Below, piece after piece: positions 12,701 to 24,863 of a DNA stretch of 64,000 nt (position 1 is the stretch's first letter; each line of letters begins with the position of its first letter). The stretch is from Tubiluchus corallicola (taxonomy: Eukaryota > Animalia > Priapulida), in contig JAQGDQ010000151.1 of NCBI GenBank assembly GCA_030141605.1, positions 186,001 through 250,000 of the forward strand, given 5' to 3'. The position numbers and the translations under genes were made by a program. The notes under the pieces are model-generated. The model saw only the letters and a list, made by a program, of their open reading frames with translations. It did not search any database and was not told where the DNA came from.

Positions 12701-13547
12701 ATTGCTGAAACGCATCAGCAGCCCTGCCAGTCAATGCTGGCCCCAGGCAGGCTGCCCAAGATGTCTTAGGAATATCATTGGCAACCGCACAAGACTCGAA
12801 CCAATCCAAGTACTTCTGAATATCATCCTTAGATTCTTCATATGTCCGGACTTTAAAATGCCTGATCTTATCAGCAGCAGAATCTAAAGTTGAAGTATTA
12901 GGGTTAGAGAAGGAGATATTATGTGCGGGGGACGACCTAAGTTCTTGACGTCTCAATTCGACTTGAGCCATCTGTTGTTCATGTTCCATTCTCTTTATGG
13001 ACACTTCAGCTTCAAGTTCCAATCGCCTAATTTCAAGTAAGGCTTGGGTTGTCTTCTCATCAGTAGTAGAAAGCGCTTCTAAATTAATTGACGCAGTTTT
13101 ACGACGCCTAGGAGTAGGCAAAGGTACACTATTTACATGCGTTGGCACCGAGACCGGATCTAGCTGGGGCTTTTCGGCAGCAATGGTTCGCACCCCTGTT
13201 GTAGCGAAATGAAGCGGCTTGCGCTTGACACTAGTATCCTCTCGTTCACTTAAAGCGGCTGTAGCGGGTAGGGGCAGCTCCATGTCATTATCCGAGAGAG
13301 AACCCTCCTCTGACATGCGATCCAGTTGATCCAGTGGATCTTTCATCTCACCACCTTCTGGGTTTTCCAAGTCCGCCCTAGTTTCCGCTCCCTCTTCGGG
13401 AAGCCCTGCTGCTTTAAAAATTGTAGTAATCAACTTCGCTCTCGTAGTTCGTGGGTCAACCAGGAGCAAATGCTCTGCAACGATATCTTGCAATTGTTTC
13501 TTGCTAAGGGAAACTAATTGTGACAGTTTATATCGTTTCTCAGACAT
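9795..13547 (-). CDS. Gmr1-like Gypsy polyprotein: gag, CCHC knuckle, protease, integrase, first ~40 aa of RT, then truncated
   Basis: One uninterrupted ORF: gag (YLDWFE...W...L...LTGRA, YDALRKALL), CYRCGRAGHKRNEC, DTGAS, H..LAGHLG...C..C, MDIIGPL/TDCGTQF/GLVERYN, GPF, YHVNKLK, then FTDLPGRT...HHI...PVRQHPYRIP. Homology is lost after ~9900. First ATG at 13547. Confidence 0.92.
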   Translation of the reverse strand: MSEKRYKLSQLVSLSKKQLQDIVAEHLLLVDPRTTRAKLITTIFKAAGLPEEGAETRADLENPEGGEMKDPLDQLDRMSEEGSLSDNDMELPLPATAALSEREDTSVKRKPLHFATTGVRTIAAEKPQLDPVSVPTHVNSVPLPTPRRRKTASINLEALSTTDEKTTQALLEIRRLELEAEVSIKRMEHEQQMAQVELRRQELRSSPAHNISFSNPNTSTLDSAADKIRHFKVRTYEESKDDIQKYLDWFESCAVANDIPKTSWAACLGPALTGRAADAFQQLPADSLRNYDALRKALLGAYILSPDMYLERFRSISKLKNESYTQLGRRLDSSLRDYHKALGVSTYEGVCQIDAVEQILSLMPNDLAAWLRRKTLLKLEELTERADRYVAANLVTPHERSTLVSRRYNRSTQSSQRSKENKGGGGGNTIKSTRIQCYRCGRAGHKRNECRANLNTEASLKAAGSTSAGKQLFGEVDSDDLASNQWRHVPGQTEPVCFKALINGLHADCVRDTGASVSMVNSRFVQPDQYLDKSPQQLTCICGDLSTCFPAEIEIEGPGFSGILAVSVSSKLPTDFLLGNNYLSALKPLPKPRRAIAEARVQMTESAYVVTRSQAAKQEADARRDSQQHQYALNRAESGQTDLHQSTKVHDQLLKASAKELGQEQEEDVSIRNLIDDAGTPEAAYKKGSGYFLRDGILFYLCRERKGQSPRELLVLPKPRRKTVLALAHGSRLAGHLGINKTTQRILQEFIWPHLKRSVRNYCRSCDTCQRTARVRQADRAPLKPLSIADTAFRTIGMDIIGPLDRTPSGNRYALVLVDHSTRYPDCYPLPNIETITVLDALLKFCCRYGIPRQIITDCGTQFTSELTQELERQLGVKGIFASPYSPSTCGLVERYNATLKASILRLQQDNPSLPWDQAVDFVLFAYREVPQESTNYSPSELVFGYPIRGPLAMLKERWGCSKPPNLEDIDEYVARVINTIETTTEDAHQSLREAKLAQKRWYDRISKERGFEIGDRVLIRNMRKGKKMSPGWRGPFPVVDKLSDWNYKVCIGSKGKRRDVRVYHVNKLKHYIDRQENLVLWAMCTSSEVPDLERGYTDEVSITEGEVFWAGNEEEVEELQSEPAIGQGVVQSSGLPEYAFLPTAKATQSVDDLELSSNLSSQANTQLRTVFHKFPEMFTDLPGRTMVVRHHINLFDKAPVRQHPYRIPQARNEVVLRYRKGKFCWVWRNPVPTELTDAVSLRKNWSRQV

Positions 13548-14255
13548 TATTGAAACAATAATTAAATTCAAGCCTGAAAACGAAAATGCAATTAGCTACG
13601 GGTTATAGTTTGATAGGTTTTCCCTAATTTTCCACTTCTCACGCCTCCACACACTCTTGCACTCAAACACAAAGAGAAACGTTTTTTTTTACTCTATTTC
13701 TTGTTAACGAGCTTCAACCCGTACAATTAAACTGGAGTTTTTGAGCGTAGGCCTTTAGTATCAAATGTATTGGCCAGAATTTTGTATGCGCAAAGTAAAT
13801 TTAAAAAGCTATAAACGCTTAGAACAAGCAACAGAGAAGCCAGGTAAACCTGCAGCATGTATACTTCCTGCCAACGAAGCTTTTTCTATATTTAGTTTGC
13901 GAAGAAACTGGACTTATGCCAAACTTTCAATAACGTCCTATGTAAACCTGACTAGACACCAGAATACAGTTAGGGAACAATGTCTAGGTTAAACTGCAAA
14001 ATATTGATTTAACTGGTGTATCTACAAAGTTTAAATAGAAAAACTGTTGTAACTACTATTTTCTGCCCGGTTTTTCACTTTTCGTTTAAGTAAAGCTGAA
14101 TCGTTTATCACACGGACAAAAATATTTCCTACTAGTAGTTAATGAAAGAAATTAACATTTCCGTGGCATTTGTTTAGCTCACACTGTATAACCAAGACTT
14201 GTACAAAACGGATGAAGATATCAACTCAAGTTGATATTAGACACGACAAAAAACG

Positions 14256-14265
14256 TCTGACACCA
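14256..14265 (-). promoter_or_regulatory. Primer-binding site (tRNA-Leu-like) of the Gmr1-like element
   Basis: Minus strand reads TGTTACA-C-TGGTGTCAGA, i.e. an LTR end followed by the complement of a tRNA-Leu 3' end. Confidence 0.7.
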
Positions 14266-14266
14266 G

Positions 14267-15398
14267 TGTAACATTCGGGTCACGAAATTCCTTGCTAGCC
14301 CAACTGGGGCTCGAACTTGGGTCGGGCATCTTAAATCAAGATGGATTGCTGAACGGGTTGGTGACTCCAAATGTTAAAGAGCAGCAATAATTGTTTAAAT
14401 TCTAAGGCAGTTACAAGCGCAGGAGGGGTCGGTCTGTCCTAAAGTACAGAGAATGGGCCAATGGTGATACAGTGTGAACGGGAACAGTGAACACAACAAA
14501 GTATAAATAAACAAACTGTTTGCCATAGGTTTAACATTTTAATTGGCATAATTAATTAATTAATTCAAAACAATAAACAAAAAGAACTCACAACTTGCAC
14601 CAGAGCAGCGGGGTACCCCTCATTTAATAACAGTCTGCTAGCGTTTCTCGTAGCGGGACGTCTCCCGTAAAGTTCCGGGTTTCACACACTTGGGTGGCTG
14701 GAATCACTTTGCTAACAGTCTTGTCGACAACGGCGACCGCATCAATGTCCCACTCGCTTGACTGGCTTAATGAGATTAGCGGACGATGACAGACCACCAG
14801 GATTCTTCTGACGACGTCTCCTCCTAATGAGTCAGGTACCAGGCTTTCAGAATATATTAGAAGTCTACTTTTTGTGTCGTCTTGGTTGAAAATTCCACCA
14901 TCATGGAAGCATACCCATCACAGGAAAATGTCATTTGCCAAATACTAGACGTATGGCTCACGTTCTGTCTACTCAAGATAAATGAATGGTAGTGTGAACA
15001 ATTCAATTCACGTAGCTATTGCAGTTGATTGTATCATGAAGTTGATTATAAAAGTATCCGAAGTGACGTCTTGTCGGCCAACGCCCCGACAAAGACAAAA
15101 TCAATTGGCCTTTTAGCTGAGTCGGCCATTTAACAACTATATCGTAACCTCCTGGAATAATCTGCACTTCTCAAGTCATACCTGTCGTGACCCAGTTAAT
15201 CATCCAATCACAGCGGTACTATAGGTATGAGATCATGAAGCCAGAATTTAGTCCAAAAAGTTGAACCGTAACGTTTCTTTGTTGAACTCCCAATAGGTGG
15301 AGCCACCAGTTTATAACGTTTACCAAATTCGTTTAATTAGTTATTAATGACAGGTTCAATACAATACATTTCAAATGCCACGTAAACGTGTTATTACA
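14267..15398 (-). repeat. Probable 5' LTR of the Gmr1-like element (~1.13 kb)
   Basis: Begins TGTAATAA and ends TGTTACA (TGTAA/TTACA inverted termini) immediately before the PBS. No second copy in the window, so the outer end is inferred. Confidence 0.6.
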
Positions 15399-15444
15399 GT
15401 TAAATGACTATTCGTTTTAATCTGCTAAACACGACCGTGACAGT

Positions 15445-17220
15445 GATCATCTTGAGAACCAAGATATAATCACCCCCGCTCAGGAGTGTGCTGCTACGTA
15501 GGTAATGGGTACTCAGTGGGTCAGCAGACACGGCTGAAAAACCCTTCCCATGCACTTTATCGTTGAATGCCACTAGACGTTTGCGATCATTATCCCTTTT
15601 TGCGCGATTTATGTCTTTTGCATTACTGTAGGCTTCGAGGCTCGCCACCCTCTTAGCCCACTCAAGCTCCCTATTCCACACTGGAGCAGATGCACTCATG
15701 TTCACCAGCGGATCTGGTAAGGCCTGCAATCGGCTGAGCATCTTGACTTTCATCAAAGGAACATCCTTTTCAAGACAAAAAAATCCCAGCCCTCCCTTCT
15801 TCATTGGCATGTAGAAGAATGCATTCGGGACATCCCTCGCCATGTGATGTATACGTTTTAGGCTTGATCTTATAAGCCTGTCTGCTCCCTTTAGGCCATT
15901 CATGTGAACCTCACATATATGAAATTGGTATGTCAGATGCGGAATCACATATTGTCTGATCATATCCACCTTTTGTTGAGGTTTGAGTGGTGCCCCTTCC
16001 ACTCTTATAAGCCATGCTTTAAGGGACTTTGTGTCCATGGTGGGTCGTCCCTTAGCAGTCATGGGAATTCCCAGGTATTTGTATGTATCACTGACTCCCA
16101 GCATTGGAATAGGAGTCTGGCTGATCTCCCATGTGGGTTCCATTAGCACTTTCATAGCCTTTCGCCGGTATGCCTTGACTAGCCTCATGGCTTTGCATTT
16201 GTTGGCATTTAATGTCATGCCTCGTTTCATGAAGAAGCCATTGGCTGTCTCCAACAAAACTCCCATGCCATGTTTTGAGGCTGACATTAGGACTAGGTCG
16301 TCGGCAAAACCAACTATAGCCACTTGGTGCTCGTCGACCCCATAGCGAAATCGAGAACCGACTTTTGAGATCAGTTCGTCGATTACCAGGTTGAAAAGCA
16401 GGGGTGATAGCGGGCATCCCTGCTTAAAACCTGACATGATGCTAATACGATGGGTACTTGCTTCCGGTGTCGATATCCGTGTAACAGCACCCGTATACAT
16501 ATCCCCAATGATTTGCTGAACCTGCTCTGGAAGGCCGAACCTTCGCATTGCCTTCACGATCGAGGTGTGAGGTACCGTGTCGAACGCCTTTGCTAAGTCA
16601 AGGAATGCGATGTTCAATTCCCTGTGAATTGCTCGGGCATGCCGAATCACTGTGTTTAGGAGAGTCAGGTTTTCGGAACAGCCATCTCTTGGCTGGAAGG
16701 CTCTCTGGAGTGGGTTGAGCTTGACCGTTGCCTGGATTCTGGTGGTCAGAATCTTGGCATACCACCTGAGCAATAGGGATCCGATTGTGATAGGTCGCCA
16801 GTTACTGACGTCCTGCAAGCCCTCAGCAGACTTGGGGAGGAGGGTGGTACGGCATTCCTTCAGGCTGTTTGGGACCTTCTTTAGGAATTGCCATACCTTG
16901 AAGACAAGGGTTATCGCACCCTTGCTTACCCTCCGGAGGGCTTTCATCGTGACCCCCCTATCCGGACCAGGAGACGAATTGGACTTCATGGCTTTGAATG
17001 TTTTTGCCACTTCCTCTTGTGCTATTGGAGCACAGAGGCTGTCTGAATCTTCACATGGTTTGAAGTCCTCGATGGGTTCGTCGTCTGGTAGGGAAGGTTT
17101 CTCGAATCTCTGGATGTACGTTTGCTCGATGCAGTCAATGGGAGGATACTTGACTTCCAGGGGTGCATCATCGAGTACGACATTCGCAAGCTTGCGTCTG
17201 TCTCTTTGATACATTCTCAC
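15445..17220 (-). mobile_element. R2-group (RLE) non-LTR retrotransposon fragment, RT domain only
   Basis: SSPGPD, RTTLLPK, WRPITIGS, QRAF..DGCSEN, FLDLAKAFDTVPH, GFKQGCPLSPLLFN, FADD, YKYLG, APLKPQQK, KKGGLG, LSGGDYI. The N-terminal zinc-finger/Myb region and C-terminal CCHC/RLE endonuclease are absent. Confidence 0.9.
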
Positions 17221-17599
17221 TTATCATAACCGTTGTTCATAGGCTTCAACAAATGGTAACACGTTTATAATATCTCAATAGCATGTGGATTCAAAATATA
17301 TGATTCGAATATATATATATATATATATACCTGCTGGACCAGATGTGTTTACCTGAAAGTCAGCATGTAGTTAATTTGTTTGCATGTAATCTATTCAGGA
17401 GGCAAGCAGGAACAGTTAACAAAGCAGCTCGTTGAGTAGCATTAGCGTCTTTGCACAAAAGACTGTTAGTTAACAAAACGGCTTAGTTAGCACTCGAGCT
17501 TCCTTCAGCAGTGTGTTATAATAGAGAACAAGTGAAATGATAGAGCAAAAATAATACAACCATTGAAGTCATGTTGAGCTAGCCTAGTACCAGAGAGTC

Positions 17600-18218
17600 G
17601 GTTTGGGAGATACAAATTGATGAGCCACGGCTCAGCCACCTCCTGATTGGACATTACCGACTCTTTGCTACTCCTTAGCGACTCTTTCCCACGAGTTTGC
17701 TGCATAAAAGGGCGTGATTTTGAGCACATTTCATCATTTTACTCCTGCTGGGAGAATCTCTGCTAGTTTTCGCTGTTATATGACTTCTTCAGTGGACAAA
17801 CTTTACCCAATGATCTCCATCGCATACCAGTTGATTCTGACTCTGCCCGCTACGTCTGCTCTTGTGAGAGATCCTTTTCTGCTCTTTAAATTTGTGAAGA
17901 ATGCTCTCTGCAGTACAATGAGTCAGTCACGATGGTGTGACCTGATGATCCTTGCAGTTGAGGCTGAGAAAACAAAGAATATGGACTTGAAGTCTGTGGT
18001 TGAGCTCTTCTGGAGTGATGTTCTGCGTCGGATTCCTGACAGCTAATAAATACTCAATTAAATTTTAATTAAGTTTCCGTTGCTATAGCTTTAAGTTAAA
18101 TGCCAGTTGGGAATAAATAAATCGTGTGGGAATTCAAAACTATACGTTTTTAAACAGTTAAGTTCCGCCATTATATACAGTCGGCCCCCCCTAATTTTTT
18201 TGGTGCACGACGCCCCTG
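17600..18218 (+). mobile_element. hAT transposon 3' remnant (dimerisation domain plus right TIR)
   Basis: LYPMISIAYQLILTLPATSA...KFVKNALCSTMSQSRWCDLMILAVE resembles the hAT C-terminal domain; ends ...GTGCACGACGCCCCTG at 18218. Left boundary approximate. Confidence 0.75.
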
Positions 18219-21200
18219 GAAAAGGTTATGGTATACATTCACTCAATTTCATTCATTCATCATTCGTACTTTTTAGATTAATGTATCATGTCCCAAGCAA
18301 GTATAATATAAGTGATTGTTAAACACAAAACTAGTGAAATTAGACTAATTATAGCAATATACGTTCAATATGAAGTTAATCTACTATTATTATCATTAGG
18401 CAAATTTGCGCGACGACAAGGAGAGCTAGTTTCTTTACTCATGCTGTAAATTAAATCATATTTAATCACTATAAGATTATGTCACGGCAAGACATTACAT
18501 AAGTTGAATAGGAGAAACTTTAGTTATTAGGTTAGTATTTGGGGGAGCATCTTTTAATGTTACAATGACATCTGGAGAAAACGTTAAATTCGTTTGTACC
18601 GCTTTATTAGACGGTGAATCTGCGGCGGTTTAGTGACGACGAAAGTAGTATCGCGATTAGGATGACAAGTTACTTTGGTTTGGACTGGTGTAATTTGAGT
18701 AGTAGTTATGTCAGTAAATGCTGGGGTCGGAGATTTCAGGAAGTATAAATTTCGTTGGTAACTTGGGATTGGGTTTTTTAGCTGTGGTTTTAGGTTTTGC
18801 AATACGTGGACAACACACAGCTTTAATCTTTGTACGGCAAGTTACATAGATTATTATAAAAAGAATAATGATGGCTATGAAAATGTATGCTGTTAACTTG
18901 CAGTGCACAAATGAAAGACCTCAGTGTGACAAACTGAATGGTATAAGGTATGGCACAATTGGTTGACTTTTCGCCCATGGGTTAAAAGTCGAAAGTTGTG
19001 ATTTCATTGTCAAGCACAGTTCCTATGTAGTCAAGCAACAGTGTGAATTCAATAAAATTCTAAATTATTACTTTCAAGCAAAAGGCTAGCGTCCTTACAA
19101 GGCCCAAATCTGTAACTATTGTCTGCAAAATCTTCAGTTTCTGACTGATCAGAAACATTGTCAACTAGTTGAATATGTTTGTTACATTATAGCTGCTCAT
19201 GGAAATAAAGCATTTATGAAAGTTTACATACAGATTTATCAAATCTTCAATTTCAGGAAAAATCTTTACCTGTTCAGGCCTCTAGGAGTCTTGTAGCGCC
19301 TTACAAAGTTTCTCTTGGAAGCGCTGATGTTGAGCATTTAAGATGGTGATTTTTTATTAATTGAAAAGAACCAGTGTGTAGCAATATAAAAAACACATTT
19401 GAGGCTGTTACAAATATAAATTTAGTGACTTTATAATAAATTACTGAAGACCTGTATTTCCTATTTATTTGAAATCTTGAAGTTACGGTAATGATAAAGA
19501 TAAGTTTCCAGTTTGCATAATAATGACAATTATTTATAATAATTACGTATAGAACTCTGCCATGTATTTATGGGACATTAATGTCTTCAATTTAATAAAT
19601 GTAAATAAAAAAGCTTTGGAATCTCAAATTTGTTGTCCACCTGAAACAACCAAACATCACTCGTCGTTTAATGATTTGGTTAAAACATGTAATTAACTAT
19701 CATTTGCACATTAGCCATTTTCTGTGCCAGCTTTTTCTTTATAGCTTTTATATCAAGTAAAAACTTTGCTGCAGAACCGACGACCTTGAGCAACAATCAT
19801 CATAGATGTAGTCATCATCAACATTCATGCCACAAATAGGTATGTCATAGAAAACAACAAAAACTTTTCAAAACAAGTTTCCAACAAAATTTACAAAAAT
19901 AAAATTCCTCCTTTTATTTTTTACCCCAAACTGTACACCACAAAAAATTAAGAATTCATCCTTGCAACTTGGATTTTGCATTATAGGCCATCCACCAAAT
20001 GAGTATCGCAATTAGAACAGCTATGAACTCACTTTGTAACCACGGACCGTGATATGGGCCCTGAAAAAATGAAAAATGATATGCTACTATCATTTACTAC
20101 ATAATACTCATTTACTACGAAAAAACTTATACTACATAAGAAGGTAAAAAAGAAGAGAAGATAGTGGTTGCAGGGGATGAACCATGCTGCTAGTCTTAAA
20201 TTCAAATTTTATACCAAAAGCTAAAAGTACAAATACAGTACTAAAATAAAATAAAGTACAATGAAATAAAAACACAAAATTAATATGTTAATACAAGGCT
20301 AGTAAATTAAGGGCTAAATAAATTTTAGAAACTAATTATATAATATTTCACTCCATTTCACAATAAAGCAAGAGCTAACAAGTCCATGTGAGTTAACGAT
20401 AGCAGATATAATACCATTGACAGTGAGCAGTAACAACATGCTGCGAATACTATAACACCAACTTCTGCAAATGCGACTAAATAGTGTAACACTGAGCTGA
20501 TGATGATTGTCATAATGGAACAGGTGCTGAGGTGGAAAACGCACCTGCCTGTCAGCACACTGAACCAATGAGGCCATTTCATACCATACGTATAACTGCT
20601 GGAAATGGCTACATAATGGGTGAAACCATCACAATGTAGACGGGGGTCGAAAATAAATGACATTTTGCCTGCATAACACTGCCCTCTTCTACAGAAAGTG
20701 GTTCGTTTTCAAACTAGAATGAAGTACGCAGGAGAAAAAATAGTTTTTTTATTGAAAAGTAAATTTACAAATATCAAATTTTACAAATGTCAAAGTAATG
20801 CAAAATTTCTGTTTTGGTAAAAATGTGAAATTTTTGCAGCAACAAGAGTTAATGTTGATGAAAATAAATGACTGGAATCAAAAGCAGTTAAGGCTTGAAG
20901 TACAGGCTCTGTCCTAGCCGGATTCAGCAGGCGGTCTTCAATATGGAGACTTCTGAGGTTCAACTTGCTATAGAAGTTGATGTCCGAGCATGTGTGTCTC
21001 GCTTACAAGGTGGGTGGTCCCCAACCAGATGGCTGGAGTAGGTCCGCAGGCTCGTAAGGGCTGCATCAACCAACATAGCACCATTATTTCTCTTCTCTGA
21101 GATGACAGCTGATTGGGAAGCTCTTTGCATCCCTTCACGTTGCTACTCCTTCAAATGTACGAACCCGACAAATTGTTTGACTGGCTATGGCGTCCATACT

Positions 21201-22900
21201 GCTGACATCATTGTCAAACCAAGAGAGTACAGCAGGTGACGTAGCACTAGGTGACTGTGGAACTGGCCCTCATGATACGCTTGCACATTGACGTAACTTT
21301 CGTAACTTTTCCTAACTTAAATTAATTTAAAAACAACAATCCAGGTGCTACTAGAGCAAGTACAGACTACACTTTGTACCATACCATACACGTTAAATTT
21401 TTGAAATCAACATCTATTCACAGCATACAAGAACTGTATCCTCGCAGGTAAGCATTCCTCTACGAGGCCACAGAAAAAAGTTATATAGCATACAAGAACT
21501 GTATCCTTGTAAGTAATTCACGAGGCCACAGTAAAACAGGCATATATTAACCTTCAACGTATCTGCTAATGAGGACTTTGAGAACTCCGGTTTTTGAAGA
21601 ACCAGCCAAGATGTGTTGAACCATGGGCTACAGCTACCAACGACGATGAAAGAAATCCATCGTATTGTTCCATGTCATAGTGGCTACTCGGTGGTGTGCT
21701 GCTGCACTGCTGGGGATAGCTTAGGACTACTCGAGCTCGAGCATCAGTTATGTTGTTAGAGTTTCATGCTTCTCAAGTACAGTAAATATGAATGTAACAA
21801 GTTTCCATTGACTTCAGTAAATGTGTTGCAAACACCCGATGGTTAACATTTACATACAATGCAATTCTGTTACGTTTTAGTAATAGCTTTCAAAAAAATT
21901 GCAGATGATTTTAAATATCTATCATAAATGCTGCAAAAGTTTAGTTGCTAAAAAAAATCAATGCGACAAACTTTGAATTCATCAGGACCCAACAGCTTAT
22001 TTTCACTATTGTGAGACTTCATAAGTTGCTGCATACAATGCAACTACTTTTTTAATTAGATGAAAACAAACTGAGAAGCACTTATGGTCACAATGCAGCT
22101 ATTTTTTTATTAGATTAACACAAACTGAGAAGCACTTATTGTCTAACTTGCATATAACAAGGTATTATAATTGCCCATTTCAAGCACACGTACTAGAACG
22201 TGAACCGATACTAGTAGTTCAAAATTAGATGGCTAGCAAGTAGTGAGTGACACATGCAAGTTAAATATGGAAGGCCTAGTCACAAATTGAGCTGAACATG
22301 GAGGAACCTTCTGATAAAAATATAGTTACTTATCCATACATATCAAGCAGTCATTGTAACTGTGAGCGAAGACGATTTGTAATAGATCTCCGGTTTGAAC
22401 TTCCAGTTAAAACACCGGGATCTTCAATTGTGGATTCCTGCGAGTGTTCCAAAATTGCAGAAGATGTATTCGAAAATTTTCGGTTGGTTTGTTCTTTCTT
22501 CCCTCACGTGGGTGACGTGTAAATTGGAATTGGAATCAATTGGAAACGTGTAAATCTACCGTTGGCATTATGGAGGTTCGCTTCACGGCAATAAAGCCCA
22601 ACATTAAATAAGTGTTCTTCAGTAGTATTGTTTCATAGCATTGGGCAAGTCGAATTCTTGCATTTGTCTTTGTCTTCAAACTGGTAAGTAAATTCGAAGT
22701 TTACTAGAGTAAGAGCAAATTCCAGATTGTTACTCCTGGGTTGTAAAGTAGACTCAGTTAGCTGTGAATTCGACGTCTGTAAAAACTATGTTCAGTAGAA
22801 CCACCATAAAAGCCAAAAATTTTTCTTATTTTCTGCTATCCCTAATCTTCATCCTAAATCTTCATTCTACTTTAATTAGCTAAATGGTGGAGAAGCTTAC

Positions 22901-23056
22901 CGGATGTTGGATATCAAAAGTGAATACTGGTTTTATAGCTGAGATATCGTCTTCATTTCTTTGTGCCTTCTTCAGTGCTTGATAACCCTCTGAGTCAAAG
23001 ACTCTCACTACGTAAGTGCCAGCTGGAGCTTCAGAATGCTCACCAACCCAACTAAA
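22901..23056 (-). CDS. SSR4: Translocon-associated protein delta, exon 4
   Basis: ttcag/gtaagc boundaries; FSWVGEHSEAPAGTYVVRVFDSEGYQALKKAQRNEDDISAIKPVFTFDIQHP matches the TRAP-delta SW...H..A.AGTY.VR.FD.E.Y..L.KAQRN pattern. Confidence 0.93.
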
Positions 23057-24788
23057 CTGAATAAATATTTATTTATTTATCTGTTTAAATATTTAAAAAA
23101 ATGAGACATAATATTGTTGCTTCCTAAGAACATTGAGCCTTGTTAGAAACACAATAATATCTGTCTCTTAGTATTGAGTTACTGTTCACAGTGTTCATGA
23201 AAAATGTATTGCTTTCAAAACAAAAGTGTTAAGACAATAAAGAACATTTTTTTAATTTTTCACACATGATGTAAAAGCAGTTTATATGTTTATCTATAAT
23301 TAACATGAGCCTGGTTTAGCTACCAAAATGAAGCAATGATAACAATGGAAAACTAATTCTTAATGATAAGGATTGGAACAATAATATATAAAAAAACTTT
23401 TGTTCAGTATTTTACAGAGAAATTTTTATATGTGGTAAAAAATAATTGAAAACAATTAATTTAATGATACTAAACATGCAAAAACATGCTTAAAATAATT
23501 TAACACTATTGCCATCATAAATAGTTAAATACTAACTTGACAAATTAATTGCAATGTTGAGAGCACATTTTGGTTGGCAAATTAAAGCCTTTCTTTGAAG
23601 AAATGTGGCTTCTTTGAAATGAATATTGTGACAACAGGATTAAACACTCTGCAATAACCCTTTAACATCATCTTCACTTCATATTTATATGTATATTGAT
23701 TTCAGTTTGTAGTGACTATCTGGCCAACGTTTAAAGCTGTACATTTGGTACACAAAAGCGGTTGTTGGGTGACTTTGCATATGTGCTTCCTAGCTGAAGT
23801 TAAGCAATGCTGAGCCATCTGTTAACTAAATGGCTGAACACGTTTAATACACTTTCTGGGTGGTTTCATTGGCCATGCTGGTATTGGCTGAACATGGGTG
23901 TTAAAGATGTATATGATACAAATTTGGCAATACAAGACTTTTTTCAACGATACAAAAAGATAAACTATTTTTTAGAAGGTAGAATACGATAAATTATACT
24001 GAATGCTAAAAAGAATACTGGTTAGACAATTAAAAAATTAAAATTATTAGGTGGTTCAATGCATTCAGTGGTGAATACTTAAATGGTTGTTAGTTATGAA
24101 ATGCAAGTTTGTCATGATGATTCATAAATAAGTTACCTGCGACAGATAAAAATATTAATAATATTTATATAAACGAGCTGCACATGACTAGTAAAATGAC
24201 ACCAAAAATTCGACAGCGTATTTGACATCACATGTCAGTATCAGAGTCTATAAAGGGGTTTCTATACTTTGTCAGTATGATTCAGAATAAATTTTAGCCA
24301 TTACTGCCAGTAGAAAGTAAAAAGCGATTCAGAACATGAAAAATTTTAAACAATTCTTTTTATCCGGTTCTTTGTGTCATTAATATAAATAAATAGAAAA
24401 GAAAAGCAAAGCGATTAATTTCATTACTATTATAGAAAAGAAAAGCGAAGTGATTAATTTTATGAGGGTAAGCGAGTAGCAATGTTATGTGCCAAATTCC
24501 ATACTATAACGATACTCCTAGAATAATATCGGTAGGACAATGATAAAAACAAATATATCGTGTTGATAAAATAACCAATAATTATCGAAACATATCGTTA
24601 ATATTGAAATCCCTAATGTATATATATTTGCAGATGATTAAAATACTCCTAATGGTTCAGAAAGGAAAGTTTTTGTCTTAAAGCGCTACCTTTGGCAAAG
24701 AGCCAGTGTCACTACAAACATCAACTTTTATCTATGAAAGTTTTAGTTGCAACTATCATTGTTAGTGAACAAATTAGCCAGAGCTAAC

Positions 24789-24863
24789 CTGATACTTGTC
24801 ACCATCAACAGATTTGCTAATCGGAGTGATATGATTATTCATCAACGCATACAATGGCAAATC
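24789..24863 (-). CDS. SSR4: Translocon-associated protein delta, exon 3
   Basis: ttctag/gttagc boundaries, phase 0-0; DLPLYALMNNHITPISKSVDGDKYQ (LYA...YQ motif). Confidence 0.9.

Noticed and set aside
15904-17209. Plus-strand ORFs overlapping the R2-like RT (similar ones overlap the Gmr1 ORF)
   Set aside because: Antisense shadows of real coding frames with no independent motifs.
21550-21680. SSR4 last exon candidate (GSCSPWFNTSW on -)
   Set aside because: The PW.. similarity is superficial; no TM helix follows and no suitable phase-0 acceptor was found.
22351-22776. Selenoprotein (in-frame TGA codons)
   Set aside because: No SECIS or redox motif recognised; decay of CGA/TGG codons or chance is simpler.
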